Positions 30,750 to 40,613 of a stretch of DNA of 51,930 bases are shown in pieces. Within the stretch, counting starts at the first letter, position 1, and every line of letters begins with the position of its first letter. The translations under genes were made by a program, and so were the position numbers. Below the pieces are notes generated by a model. That model was not told the origin of the DNA. It saw only the letters and a list, made by a program, of their open reading frames with translations, and searched no databases. Source of the stretch: an uncultured Rhizobium sp. (GTDB lineage Bacteria; Bacteroidota; Bacteroidia; NS11-12g; UBA955); NCBI GenBank assembly GCA_964592635.1, contig CAZQFZ010000002.1, positions 4,956-56,885 on the forward strand. Direction: 5' to 3'.

Positions 30750-33700
30750 ATGGTTAAATTGTTTATTGAAAGAAAGATATTATCGATCGTAATATCGATT
30801 TTAATATTGTTGTTGGGACTTATTTCGTTGGTGCAGTTACCAATTACACAATTCCCAGAAATTGCGCCGCCAGAAGTTACGGTAACCACAAAATATACTG
30901 GAGCGAATGCAGAGGCCTGTGTGAAGGCCGTGGTAACTCCACTCGAACGTGCAATAAATGGAGTGCCAGGAATGTTGTATATGACATCTGTTTCGGGAAA
31001 CGATGGTACCAGTGTGGTTCAAATTGTATTCAGATCGGGCACAGATCCTGATGTTGCGGCTGTAAATGTTCAAAATAGGGTGTCATCAACATTAGATGAG
31101 TTGCCAGAGGAAGTGATTAAAGCAGGGGTATTAGTAGAAAAAGTACAGAATAGTATGTTGATGTATCTCAATATATTAAGTACGGATTCATTATTGGATG
31201 AGGCATTTTTATATAATTTTACAGATATCAATATTTTACCTGAGTTAAAACGTATTGAAGGTGTGGGTTTTGCCGACATAATGGGAATGCGTGAATATGC
31301 CATGCGTGTTTGGTTAAAACCAGATAAACTTCGGATGTATAATTTATCTGCCTCAGAAATAATTCGAAAGTTAAAAGAGCAGAATGTAGAGGCAGCGCCC
31401 GGGAAAATAGGTGAGAGTTCGGGTAAATTGTCGCAATCCTTGCAATTTGTACTCAAATATACGGGTAAGTTGAATACTGTTGAAGCGTACGAAAATTTGG
31501 TTATGTCAACATCAGAAGGAGGGGAATTGGTTCGATTGAAAGATGTTGCCCATGTGGAATTTGGTTCTCAAGAATACGATGTAATTTCTAAGGAAAATGG
31601 CAAACCTTCTGCGGCCATCATGATTAAGCAACGTCCTGGAACGAATGCGCAAAATGTGATAGCCAAAATTAAAGAAAGGATGTCTGAGATCAAGGAGCGG
31701 TCGTTTGCACCGGGTATGGATTATACGGTCAGTTACGATGTATCTGTCTTTTTAAATGCATCGATTAAAGAGGTGATCAAAACGTTGATTGAAGCTTTTA
31801 TTCTTGTTGCATTAGTGGTGTTTATTTTTTTACAGGATGGAAGATCCACATTAATTCCCATTTTGGCGATACCGGTTTCATTAATCGGTACCTTCTTTTT
31901 TATGCAATTATTGGATTTTTCGCTGAATATGATTACACTGTTTGCGTTGGTTCTCGCCATTGGAATTGTGGTTGACAACGCAATTGTGGTTGTTGAAGCG
32001 GTTCATGCAAAATTGGAATCTTCAAATTTAACTGTAAAGAAAGCAACCGAAGAAGCTATGTCGGAAATTACACCCGCCATCATCGGAATCACTTTGGTGA
32101 TGTCGGCAGTATTTATACCCGTTTCGTTTTTGGAAGGACCAACGGGAATTTTTTATCGACAATTCTCTCTCACCATGGCCATCTCAATTCTCCTTTCGGG
32201 GATCACGGCATTAACACTGACCCCGGCATTGTGCGTGATGTTGTTGCGTAAATCGAATTTGCATCACAGTGACTCACTTGCTGAATTAAAATCCCCCCCG
32301 GCTTCTGTTCACGATAAATCCTTTCGTTTTTTAGGGAGATTTTTTCATTGGTTTAATGGTAATTACAACAAAATTGCGAACAAATACAGCAATTTGATTC
32401 GGATAATTGCCAATAGACGTGCGGTAACTTGGTTGACATTGTTGGCTTTTTGCATAGGCATAGGACTATTATCGGTGGTAGTTCCATCCGGTTTTATTCC
32501 CAATGAAGATCAAGGTGCGATATATGCAAATATTACGGCACCTACCGGAGCTACATTGGAGCGAACGGATAGGGTGGTGAATGAAATACAACAATTGGCT
32601 CAGCAGTTTCCAGAGATCGAATCAGTTTCGAGTTTATCGGGGTACAGTGTGATATCCGAGGGAGTAGGCTCTGTTTATGGTATGAATTTAATGAACTTGA
32701 AAAACTGGTCGGAAAGGGAATTGTCTGATCAGGAAATTATACGAATTCTTGAAAAAAAATCCAGTGGTATTAAAGATGCCAATATTGAATTTTTCACTCC
32801 ACCACCTGTGCCTGGTTATGGGAATTCAAGTGGGTTTGAACTGCGTTTGTTGGACAAATCGGGTAAGGGTAATGCCAGTGAATTTCAAAATATTACAGAT
32901 GATTTTGTGAAAAAACTCAATGATCGTCCAGAAATTGAAAATGCCTTTACCACGTATAATGCAAAATTTCCCCAATACTTACTGCATATCGATGGAGATA
33001 AAGCTGCTCAAAATGGAGTAACCGCAGAAAATGCCATGAGCACACTTCAAACATTGATAGGTAGTGAATATGCTACCAATTTTATCAAGTTTGGCCAGTT
33101 GTATCGTGTGATGGTTCAATCTTTACCAGAATACAGGTCTAAACCGGATGATATTCTTCAATTTACTATTAAAAATGAGTTCGGCACCTTGGTGCCGTAT
33201 TCTACTTTTCTGAAAATTGAAAAAGTGTATGGCCCCGAACAAATAACTCGTTATAATATGTTCCCTTCGTCGATGATAAATGGACAACCTGCTCGGGGTT
33301 ATAGTAGCGGTCAAGCTATCGAGGCGGTGAAGGAAGTGGCTAATCAATTTTTACCCAAGAATTATGGTTATGATTGGGCCGGTTCATCACGTGATCAAGC
33401 GAATTCTGGTGGACAGACTGTTGTTGTGTTTGCCATTAGTTTGATTTTCGTTTATTTATTGTTGTCGGCACAATATGAAAGTTTTGTGTTGCCATTTCCG
33501 GTACTGATTTCTCTGCCCGCAGGGATTTTTGGTGCATACTTTTTCTTGTGGTTGTTGGGCTTAGAAAGCAATATTTATGCACAGATTTCGTTAATAATGC
33601 TCATTGGTATTTTGGGTAAAAATGCGATTCTGATTATAGAATTTGCTGTATTAAAACAATCGCAAGGGATGCAACCAATGGCAGCTGTTGTGGAAGCTGC

Positions 33701-33899
33701 GACTGATCGACTACGCCCTATATTGATGACATCATTTGCATTTATTGCAGGATTATTTCCGTTATTATTGGCTTCGGGTGCGGGCAAAATTGGTAACAAT
33801 ACCATTGGTGCATCATCCGTGGGTGGTATGTTGTTGGGAACGGTATTCGGAGTTATTATTATTCCAGGTTTATTCATCATTTTTAGTAAAAAACGCTAA
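30750..33899 (+). CDS. RND efflux permease (HAE1/AcrB family)
   Basis: 1049 aa; LPITQFPEIAPP, AMRVWL.P, GIVVDNAIVVVE, KNAILIIEFA, RLRPILMTS. Confidence 0.95.
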   Translation: MVKLFIERKILSIVISILILLLGLISLVQLPITQFPEIAPPEVTVTTKYTGANAEACVKAVVTPLERAINGVPGMLYMTSVSGNDGTSVVQIVFRSGTDPDVAAVNVQNRVSSTLDELPEEVIKAGVLVEKVQNSMLMYLNILSTDSLLDEAFLYNFTDINILPELKRIEGVGFADIMGMREYAMRVWLKPDKLRMYNLSASEIIRKLKEQNVEAAPGKIGESSGKLSQSLQFVLKYTGKLNTVEAYENLVMSTSEGGELVRLKDVAHVEFGSQEYDVISKENGKPSAAIMIKQRPGTNAQNVIAKIKERMSEIKERSFAPGMDYTVSYDVSVFLNASIKEVIKTLIEAFILVALVVFIFLQDGRSTLIPILAIPVSLIGTFFFMQLLDFSLNMITLFALVLAIGIVVDNAIVVVEAVHAKLESSNLTVKKATEEAMSEITPAIIGITLVMSAVFIPVSFLEGPTGIFYRQFSLTMAISILLSGITALTLTPALCVMLLRKSNLHHSDSLAELKSPPASVHDKSFRFLGRFFHWFNGNYNKIANKYSNLIRIIANRRAVTWLTLLAFCIGIGLLSVVVPSGFIPNEDQGAIYANITAPTGATLERTDRVVNEIQQLAQQFPEIESVSSLSGYSVISEGVGSVYGMNLMNLKNWSERELSDQEIIRILEKKSSGIKDANIEFFTPPPVPGYGNSSGFELRLLDKSGKGNASEFQNITDDFVKKLNDRPEIENAFTTYNAKFPQYLLHIDGDKAAQNGVTAENAMSTLQTLIGSEYATNFIKFGQLYRVMVQSLPEYRSKPDDILQFTIKNEFGTLVPYSTFLKIEKVYGPEQITRYNMFPSSMINGQPARGYSSGQAIEAVKEVANQFLPKNYGYDWAGSSRDQANSGGQTVVVFAISLIFVYLLLSAQYESFVLPFPVLISLPAGIFGAYFFLWLLGLESNIYAQISLIMLIGILGKNAILIIEFAVLKQSQGMQPMAAVVEAATDRLRPILMTSFAFIAGLFPLLLASGAGKIGNNTIGASSVGGMLLGTVFGVIIIPGLFIIFSKKR

Positions 33900-33910
33900 A
33901 TATTTAAATT

Positions 33911-35368
33911 ATGTTATTTAAAAAAGTTCTCCAAAATATTTGGAAAAGTAGTTATATATGTTTGTTTCTCTGGGGATGTGCTCCGCAACTTCCCAAAACA
34001 TATTCAGGGAAATTGACCATGCCCGACTCGTTTGTTAATGCCAAACCAGCGTTTGGAAAAGTCTCGAAAAATGATTCATCAGGTTCAAATTGGGGTGTTT
34101 CTTTTTTTGAAGATACCTTGTTAATTCAGCTTGTTGATTCGGTGGTAAATAGAAACTTAGATATTGCAATTGCATCCCAAAAAATAAAAAGTAGTTCAAG
34201 TGATGTGGTTTTAACCAGAGGTTTACTTAGGCCGAGGGTGGATGTAACTTTGGGCAGTGCATTGAGGCGTTATGGCTTGTTTACGATGGATGGTGCGGGT
34301 AATAGCAGTACGTATATTTTACCTGGAAAAATTGTTCCCGAAAATTTACCTGATTATTTGGTAGGATTTCAATCGTCTTGGGAAGTGGATGTTTGGGGAA
34401 AGTTGAACGACCGAAAAAAATCGGCATTGCACAGATATATCTCCAGTGAGGAAGCCCGCAATTGGTTAATTACGCAATTGGTAAAAAAATCAACACATCA
34501 TTATTATGAATTGCAAGCCTGCGACCTAGAACTTAGATGCATTGAAGAGTCCATATTGTTACAAAACAGAGCTTTTGAAATTGTAAAAGCGAAAAAGGAA
34601 GCTGCAATATTGAATGAATTGGCTGTTAAGCAGTTTGAAGCACAATTGTTGGAGTTGACTTCCCTAAAAAAGGAAGTTGAGAATCGTATCATTGAAAATG
34701 AAAAAGAATTGAACGATTTGCTTGGACAGTTTTATAAGCCGATCAAGAGGGATTCGAATTTCTATAATCAGAACTTTGTTCCACAAACCCATTGGTTAGT
34801 GCCGGGGAATTTGTTAGCCAATCGTTCGGATATTCAACAGGCATACTGGAATTTAGAGTCGTCTATGAATGAATTATCGGCGAGCAGAAAGTCGTTTTAT
34901 CCTGGATTGCTCATCACATCTTCATTAGGATTTCAAGGGTTCCGTCCTGATTTGTTGTTTTTAACTCCTCAATCTTTGGCTTATACCCTTGTTGGTAACA
35001 TGTTCATGCCGTTAATTAATCGTTCGGCATTGAAGTCACAATTCATTTTTAATTCTGCTAATTATCATGAGGCATACTTTCAGTATTATAAAACGGTAAT
35101 TCAGGCATATAATGAAGTGGAATCGGAGTGGAAGAAATGGGAAAATTATTCTGAAATATTTTTAATGAAACAACAAGAAACAAATCGATTGTTGGAAGCG
35201 GTACAAATTGCAGAGGATTTATTTAGAAACGGACGTGCTACCTATTTAGAAGTTCTATTTGCGCAGCAGCAAGCTTTAAAATCCAAGGTAGAATTGGTAA
35301 AATGTCGACAAATGCAATTGTACACATTTACTAATTTGTATTCGGCATTTGGTGGAGGATGGCGTTGA
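33911..35368 (+). CDS. TolC/NodT family outer-membrane efflux lipoprotein
   Basis: Lipobox LWGC; SWEVDVWGKL, LLANRSDI, G.ATYLEVL.AQ, LYSAFGGGW. Confidence 0.92.
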   Translation: MLFKKVLQNIWKSSYICLFLWGCAPQLPKTYSGKLTMPDSFVNAKPAFGKVSKNDSSGSNWGVSFFEDTLLIQLVDSVVNRNLDIAIASQKIKSSSSDVVLTRGLLRPRVDVTLGSALRRYGLFTMDGAGNSSTYILPGKIVPENLPDYLVGFQSSWEVDVWGKLNDRKKSALHRYISSEEARNWLITQLVKKSTHHYYELQACDLELRCIEESILLQNRAFEIVKAKKEAAILNELAVKQFEAQLLELTSLKKEVENRIIENEKELNDLLGQFYKPIKRDSNFYNQNFVPQTHWLVPGNLLANRSDIQQAYWNLESSMNELSASRKSFYPGLLITSSLGFQGFRPDLLFLTPQSLAYTLVGNMFMPLINRSALKSQFIFNSANYHEAYFQYYKTVIQAYNEVESEWKKWENYSEIFLMKQQETNRLLEAVQIAEDLFRNGRATYLEVLFAQQQALKSKVELVKCRQMQLYTFTNLYSAFGGGWR

Positions 35369-35465
35369 TTTGAATTCAGAATGGAGTTGCGGGTTTCGTT
35401 GATTTGTATTCAGTTGTATGTTTCAGGAGAGTTCACGTTGAAACGGAACAGCACTCAATATTTAA

Positions 35466-35516
35466 ATATAAAAATAATTAATGAAAACAATGAATTAATT
35501 ATATAAAAATAAATGA
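35466..35516. promoter_or_regulatory. Candidate CbbR/CmpR-type LysR boxes upstream of sbtA
   Basis: ATATAAAAATAA repeated at 35466 and 35501; each forms TNA-N7-TNA (35469-81, 35504-16); AT-rich context weakens significance. Confidence 0.4.
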
Positions 35517-35544
35517 CATTTTCAGTGGATTTTTGCAATCCGAA

Positions 35545-36612
35545 ATGGATACGCAATTATTAATCGGAAATTTAACAAACCCAACATTACTTTTTTTTGT
35601 ATTGGGAATGGTTGCAGCAACGTTAAAAAGTGATTTGGAAATACCTCCGTCGAGCAGCAAATTTATATCGTTGTATTTGTTGTTTTCGATTGGATTCAAA
35701 GGCGGACAAGAACTGGCGCATAGTCATTGGGAGGCTGAAATAGGTTGGTCATTGGTATTTGCACTGCTTCTTGCCGCCATTATTCCAATATATAGTTTCT
35801 TTATACTCAAAACAAAATTGAGTATTTCGGATTCTGCCGCAATTGCTTCTTCATACGGTTCGGTGAGTGCAGTAACGTTCGTTGCAGCCATTGCTTTTTT
35901 GGAAATGCAACAACTCCATTACAGTGGACATATGGTTGCAGTTATGGCTCTGATGGAAGCGCCAGCCATCATTGTTGGAGTGATGTTACTAAAATTTTAT
36001 TCCCCCGAAAAAGGAAAAACTTTGGATGTTGCTTCTGCCCAAGAATCAATTCAAGACAATACGGCTGCGAATAGTTTAATTACCCAAGAATTAAACTCAA
36101 ATGATAGGGTTAACTCAAAAAATACCCCAAATGGAATGGGAGGCATCATTAAGCATTCACTAATTAATGGAAGTGTTTTATTGATTGTAGGAAGTTTAAT
36201 TATTGGATTAGTGGCAGATAGCAAGCAGGCCGAAGGAATCAAACCTTTTACGACCGATATTTTCAAAGGTTTCCTAGCCATATTTTTACTCGATATGGGT
36301 ATGGTTACTGCAAAGCGATTCAAGTCGTTCTTAAAGTACGGAGGATTTGTGACATTATTTGCCTTGCTTATTCCCGCGCTGAATGGCTGTATAACAGCGT
36401 ACCTTAGTCAGTGGATTACACTGGATATGGGCAACCGTTTTGTTTTTGCGGTGCTTGCCGCCAGCGCATCGTATATTGCGGTGCCAGCAGCAATGAAAAT
36501 AGCAGCACCTAAAGCAGATCCAGGGTTATATGTACCCATGGCTTTGGGAGTTACGTTTCCCTTCAATATTACTTTAGGAATGCCACTGTATTTTTGGTTG
36601 GTTCAAATGTGA
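35545..36612 (+). CDS. sbtA: Sodium-dependent bicarbonate transporter family permease (SbtA)
   Basis: KSDLEIP, SLYLLFSIGFKGG, YGSVSAVTF, MALMEAPAI, FLLDMG, ASASYIAVPAAM, LGVTFPFNI.LG.PLY. Confidence 0.92.
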   Translation: MDTQLLIGNLTNPTLLFFVLGMVAATLKSDLEIPPSSSKFISLYLLFSIGFKGGQELAHSHWEAEIGWSLVFALLLAAIIPIYSFFILKTKLSISDSAAIASSYGSVSAVTFVAAIAFLEMQQLHYSGHMVAVMALMEAPAIIVGVMLLKFYSPEKGKTLDVASAQESIQDNTAANSLITQELNSNDRVNSKNTPNGMGGIIKHSLINGSVLLIVGSLIIGLVADSKQAEGIKPFTTDIFKGFLAIFLLDMGMVTAKRFKSFLKYGGFVTLFALLIPALNGCITAYLSQWITLDMGNRFVFAVLAASASYIAVPAAMKIAAPKADPGLYVPMALGVTFPFNITLGMPLYFWLVQM

Positions 36613-36632
36613 AATCAAAACCAATAACCAGT

Positions 36633-37598
36633 TTACCTTGATTGATATTCATTAATCCAACCAAAATGTTGACGAATTAGAGCATTTTTGTTTTGATTGA
36701 CATATTCTAAAAATGCTTGAGCAACAGGAGATAGTCGTTTGTTTTTAAGCCAGATAAGTGTCCAACGTGAACTAATTGGAAAGCCTTCAGTTGGAATGAT
36801 TCGCAGCTGTTTGTTTTCCAATTCGTTTTTAATTCCGATAATTGGCATAATTGAATAACCCAATCCTGCTAAAACGGCTTGTTTTACTGCTTCATTACTC
36901 GTAAGTTCCATTTTTTTGATGGTTGTAATTCCGTGTGTTAGGAGGAATTTTTCCATAACATGCCTGGTGCCAGAACCATTTTCACGGTAAATCAGGGGCA
37001 AACTTTCGAATATATTCTTATTTTGTATGGTGGTTTCACCTACAGAACCCTGCTTTTGAATATCTTGCCAATGTTTCGTTTCGGCATTACCAACCAAATA
37101 CAATTGATTTTCCATTAATTCTACTCCCTCCACAACTGGAATCTCAGGCATCACGCTTACCAAGGCAAAATCGATTTCATTTCGCTCTAAACTTTGAATT
37201 ACTTGTGCCTTGTTTGTGACATCAAGCACCAATTCAACACCCATATTTTGATTGATGAATTCCGATAGTACGAAAGGGGCAATATATTTTCCGGTAGATA
37301 CAGAAGAAATCCTTAGTTTTCCGGTTAATTGACCCGCATGAGCATGCATTTTAAAGTTTATTGCATGCACCTCTTCTAAGATTTTTTGAGCGGCAGCAGC
37401 AATTTCATGGCCAAAATCGGTTACATACAATTTCTTATTGAAAACCTCAATTAGAGGCAAATCAAACTGGTCTTGAAAATTTTTAAGCTGTATAGAAACT
37501 GCTGGTTGTGTTAAATGCAATTCATCGGCCGCTTTGGTTATGCTTTTGGCTTCAACCACTTTGCAGAATATATTGAGTTGATTTAATGTGAAATTCAT
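36633..37598 (-). CDS. LysR regulator, CbbR/CmpR-like subfamily
   Basis: TLNQL..F, AADELHLTQPAVSIQLK, VSTGKY..P, RENGSGTR, SNEAVKQAVLAGLG, KRLSPVAQAF; TAA-N7-TTA dyad at 37607-19 upstream. Confidence 0.88.
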   Translation of the reverse strand: MNFTLNQLNIFCKVVEAKSITKAADELHLTQPAVSIQLKNFQDQFDLPLIEVFNKKLYVTDFGHEIAAAAQKILEEVHAINFKMHAHAGQLTGKLRISSVSTGKYIAPFVLSEFINQNMGVELVLDVTNKAQVIQSLERNEIDFALVSVMPEIPVVEGVELMENQLYLVGNAETKHWQDIQKQGSVGETTIQNKNIFESLPLIYRENGSGTRHVMEKFLLTHGITTIKKMELTSNEAVKQAVLAGLGYSIMPIIGIKNELENKQLRIIPTEGFPISSRWTLIWLKNKRLSPVAQAFLEYVNQNKNALIRQHFGWINEYQSR

Positions 37599-37761
37599 AC
37601 TTTAAATAAATAACAATTATAGAATTTATTAGTTTCAATTATGATTAAAAACTATAACTATAGTACAAATAACTGTAATTTTATTGAGAATGTTTGTTTA
37701 TATGGTTAAAATGTTTATCATATTTTCGTTTACCTTTGAGTAAGTTGTTGTATATAGCACT

Positions 37762-38673
37762 GTGAATAGATTTAATTTACCTGTTTTTATTTTCTTGATG
37801 GGTATCCTATCAGCAACAATTCCAGTAGTTAACGCTCAACATTGTCAATACGATTTTGTAAAGCTAATCGGCGTGGTTCCTTTTTCGGGGGATACCCAGA
37901 ATGTGGTGAAAGGCTTGGAAATTCAAGTTGTATTTCATACCACGGATCAGCCTTTGGAACCCCGTTTGATTTTTGATACAGAGTATAAATATCCCCCAAA
38001 AAATAAATACACCAACCAAGAAACGGGTGAATTCAAAAAACTGAAATTACAGCAATTCTCCTGTGATTTTGGATTTACGAAAGATCATTACACCGTGATG
38101 TACAACAGCGGACAAAAACATCCAGTCAAATTTTATGTATTGTTACGAGATATCGACGGCGAGAAAAATGGTGGATTTTTCGGAACTCGGATTATTGAAA
38201 TCGAATCAAAAAAGCACACAGCAGGACTAGATACTGTGTATTTAAAAAATCATATAGGGAAATACGATTCCTTGGATTTACGATTAGGTAAATATCCGTG
38301 TTTGTCTTTATGTGGCACCAAACCCAAAGCCGAAAAGCCCTTACAAAAATACGAACCACTTTACATTCAATTGAATGATCAATTGGAATCCTTCGACCCA
38401 AAGAAATTCGGTGCATTCGAGGATATTCAGTTTGAAAAATGGAAAGGAAACCATGGAATTTGGGAAGTGTTGAGTCGTCAGAATAGCATGCAAACTGAAA
38501 CCAATTACTATCAATGGTATTCAGATTCCCTAACATTCAAGCGCGAATGGAGATGTGTTAAGTCCACTCTATGTTGGCATGTTTTTCCACATTCAGAACG
38601 AGTGGATTGCGTAACTCAAGAACTTCGAAATGGTCAATGGATTGAAACCCAAATAATTCATGGATGCGAATAA
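37762..38673 (+). CDS. Secreted hypothetical protein
   Basis: 303-aa ORF, signal peptide ending VNA-Q; TACCTTTG -7 box at 37731-38. Confidence 0.75.
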   Translation: MNRFNLPVFIFLMGILSATIPVVNAQHCQYDFVKLIGVVPFSGDTQNVVKGLEIQVVFHTTDQPLEPRLIFDTEYKYPPKNKYTNQETGEFKKLKLQQFSCDFGFTKDHYTVMYNSGQKHPVKFYVLLRDIDGEKNGGFFGTRIIEIESKKHTAGLDTVYLKNHIGKYDSLDLRLGKYPCLSLCGTKPKAEKPLQKYEPLYIQLNDQLESFDPKKFGAFEDIQFEKWKGNHGIWEVLSRQNSMQTETNYYQWYSDSLTFKREWRCVKSTLCWHVFPHSERVDCVTQELRNGQWIETQIIHGCE

Positions 38674-38741
38674 TGTTAAAAGGATATTCCAGTTCTACAA
38701 ACCAATTCAATACTTTTGAATACTTTATTACAACAATTTTA

Positions 38742-39128
38742 ATGAAAAGCAAAGTAACCGGAATTGGCGGAGTATTCTTTAAATGTAAAGATCCTGAAGC
38801 AGTTAAAGAATGGTACAGCAAATATTTAGGATTAGCAACAGATGCTTATGGATCTACTTTTTCATGGCATCCCACAGAAACTCCGGAAAAAGTGGCCTAT
38901 ACCCAGTGGAGTCCTTTCAAAGAATCTACGAATTATTTTGAACCCTCTACCAAGGAGTTTATGATCAACTATCGAGTAGAGAACTTAATCGAATTGGTCG
39001 AACAATTGAAATCGGAAGGAATTACCATTCTCGATGAAATTGCTGAATACGAATACGGTAAATTTGTTCATATTTTGGATTTAGAAGGGAATAAAATTGA
39101 ACTTTGGGAACCAGTTGATGAAAAATAA
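38742..39128 (+). CDS. VOC (glyoxalase-like) family protein
   Basis: KVTGIGGVFFK..DP...EWY, FMINYRV.NL, YGKF..ILD.EGNKIELWEP. Confidence 0.92.
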   Translation: MKSKVTGIGGVFFKCKDPEAVKEWYSKYLGLATDAYGSTFSWHPTETPEKVAYTQWSPFKESTNYFEPSTKEFMINYRVENLIELVEQLKSEGITILDEIAEYEYGKFVHILDLEGNKIELWEPVDEK

Positions 39129-39175
39129 ATTTAATAGACAGAGAAATTGAACTATATTTCCTCTTTGTTATTGCT

Positions 39176-39586
39176 ATGAAAATTCAATCCCTTTTTGTAA
39201 ATCTACCCATTCATGATGTGAAGAAAACACGTGAATTTTGGACGAATCTTGGCGCAGAATTCAATGAACAATTTTGCGATGATAAAGCCCTATGTGTTGT
39301 TCTCAAGGAAGATGTAATTTACGCTATGCTTATTACCCATGAGTATTTTGGAACTTTTACCAATCGTCCCATTGCCAATGGTTCTACTACTCAGGTCTTG
39401 AATGCTATTCAAGTGGAAAGTCGCGAAAAAGTTGATGAAATTGTTACCAAAGCACTTCAAAATGGAGCTACACGTTATCAAGAACCTAAAGATCATGGTT
39501 GGATGTACTACGATAGTTTCGCGGATATTGACGGTCATCAATGGGAAATTGGATTTACAGATCTAAGTCAATTGCCACAGGAGTAA
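39176..39586 (+). CDS. VOC (glyoxalase/bleomycin-resistance) family protein
   Basis: FVNLPI.D, FNEQF.D, SREKVD, DHGWMY..SF.DIDGHQWE. Confidence 0.92.
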   Translation: MKIQSLFVNLPIHDVKKTREFWTNLGAEFNEQFCDDKALCVVLKEDVIYAMLITHEYFGTFTNRPIANGSTTQVLNAIQVESREKVDEIVTKALQNGATRYQEPKDHGWMYYDSFADIDGHQWEIGFTDLSQLPQE

Positions 39587-39661
39587 AATTGTAGATAACC
39601 AATTCTAATTACCAATTCCTAAAGAAAATAAATCGTTACCCTAGAATTTAATTATCAGCAT

Positions 39662-40483
39662 ATGAAAACAAATTACCCCAATTCTAATACTAATACAAAC
39701 CTAATGTTCTCAAAAGAACACAAAAGAGGCAAAATTGCATTCGGATTGCTTTTGATCTTAGTTGGATCCGTTTGGATGGCCAAAGAAATGGGAGTTGCAT
39801 TTCCTGACTTCCTCTTTCATTGGTCTGTAATATTGATTTTATTCGGTTTATATAATCTCATTAAACATGGATTTACTCATGCTTCAGGTTACATTCTATT
39901 GGTAGTCGGGAGTTTGTTTTTATTGCGACATGCGTATCCTGAATTTGAGTTTAGACAATATGTTTGGCCTGTAGCAATCATTTGCCTTGGATTGTTTACC
40001 ATGTTTCAACCTTGGACAAATAAGCGCAGATTTACTTTGAATAATCGTAAGTATAATCCATCGAATGACGATAACTCAAGTGAACATTCTTCGGAAAAGG
40101 TGTATGATCCACTTCAAGAAAACCACCAATCCTCTAGTTCAAATAATAGCTTAGATTTTATTCAGGTTGAAGCTATATTGAGCGGTTCGAAAAAATCAAT
40201 TCATACCCAAAATTTCCTTGGAGGCGATATTTCCGTAATTATGGGAGGTGCTGAAGTCAATTTAGCAAAGTGCCAAATTCAAGGAAAAGCAGTTCTTAAT
40301 CTTAATGCTATCATGGGTGGAATTGAAATAATTTGTCCTCCGGATTGGAAAATTGAAAATAACATATCTGCAGTTTTAGGGGGAGTTACCGATAAACGTT
40401 GGAATTTAAATACCAATGAAAATTCCGACAAGGTTCTCGTACTTTTGGGAAGTGCTATTATGGGCGGTATTGAAATTCGCTAG
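39662..40483 (+). CDS. LiaF-like membrane protein (4 TM plus DUF2154-like beta-helix)
   Basis: Four N-terminal TM segments with W.VILI / WPVAII; C-terminal FLGG.I..IMGG.E..L, AIMGGIEI repeats. Confidence 0.85.
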   Translation: MKTNYPNSNTNTNLMFSKEHKRGKIAFGLLLILVGSVWMAKEMGVAFPDFLFHWSVILILFGLYNLIKHGFTHASGYILLVVGSLFLLRHAYPEFEFRQYVWPVAIICLGLFTMFQPWTNKRRFTLNNRKYNPSNDDNSSEHSSEKVYDPLQENHQSSSSNNSLDFIQVEAILSGSKKSIHTQNFLGGDISVIMGGAEVNLAKCQIQGKAVLNLNAIMGGIEIICPPDWKIENNISAVLGGVTDKRWNLNTNENSDKVLVLLGSAIMGGIEIR

Positions 40484-40613
40484 TAGATAGAATTTAATGA
40501 CCAGAATTAATTAATTGACAACTCGTAAAAACAACGATTCAATCCATTATTCGTTGCTCGTAAATAATTGATTTTGATTTTTTGTATTAATTAAACTAAA
40601 AAATATAACCTTC

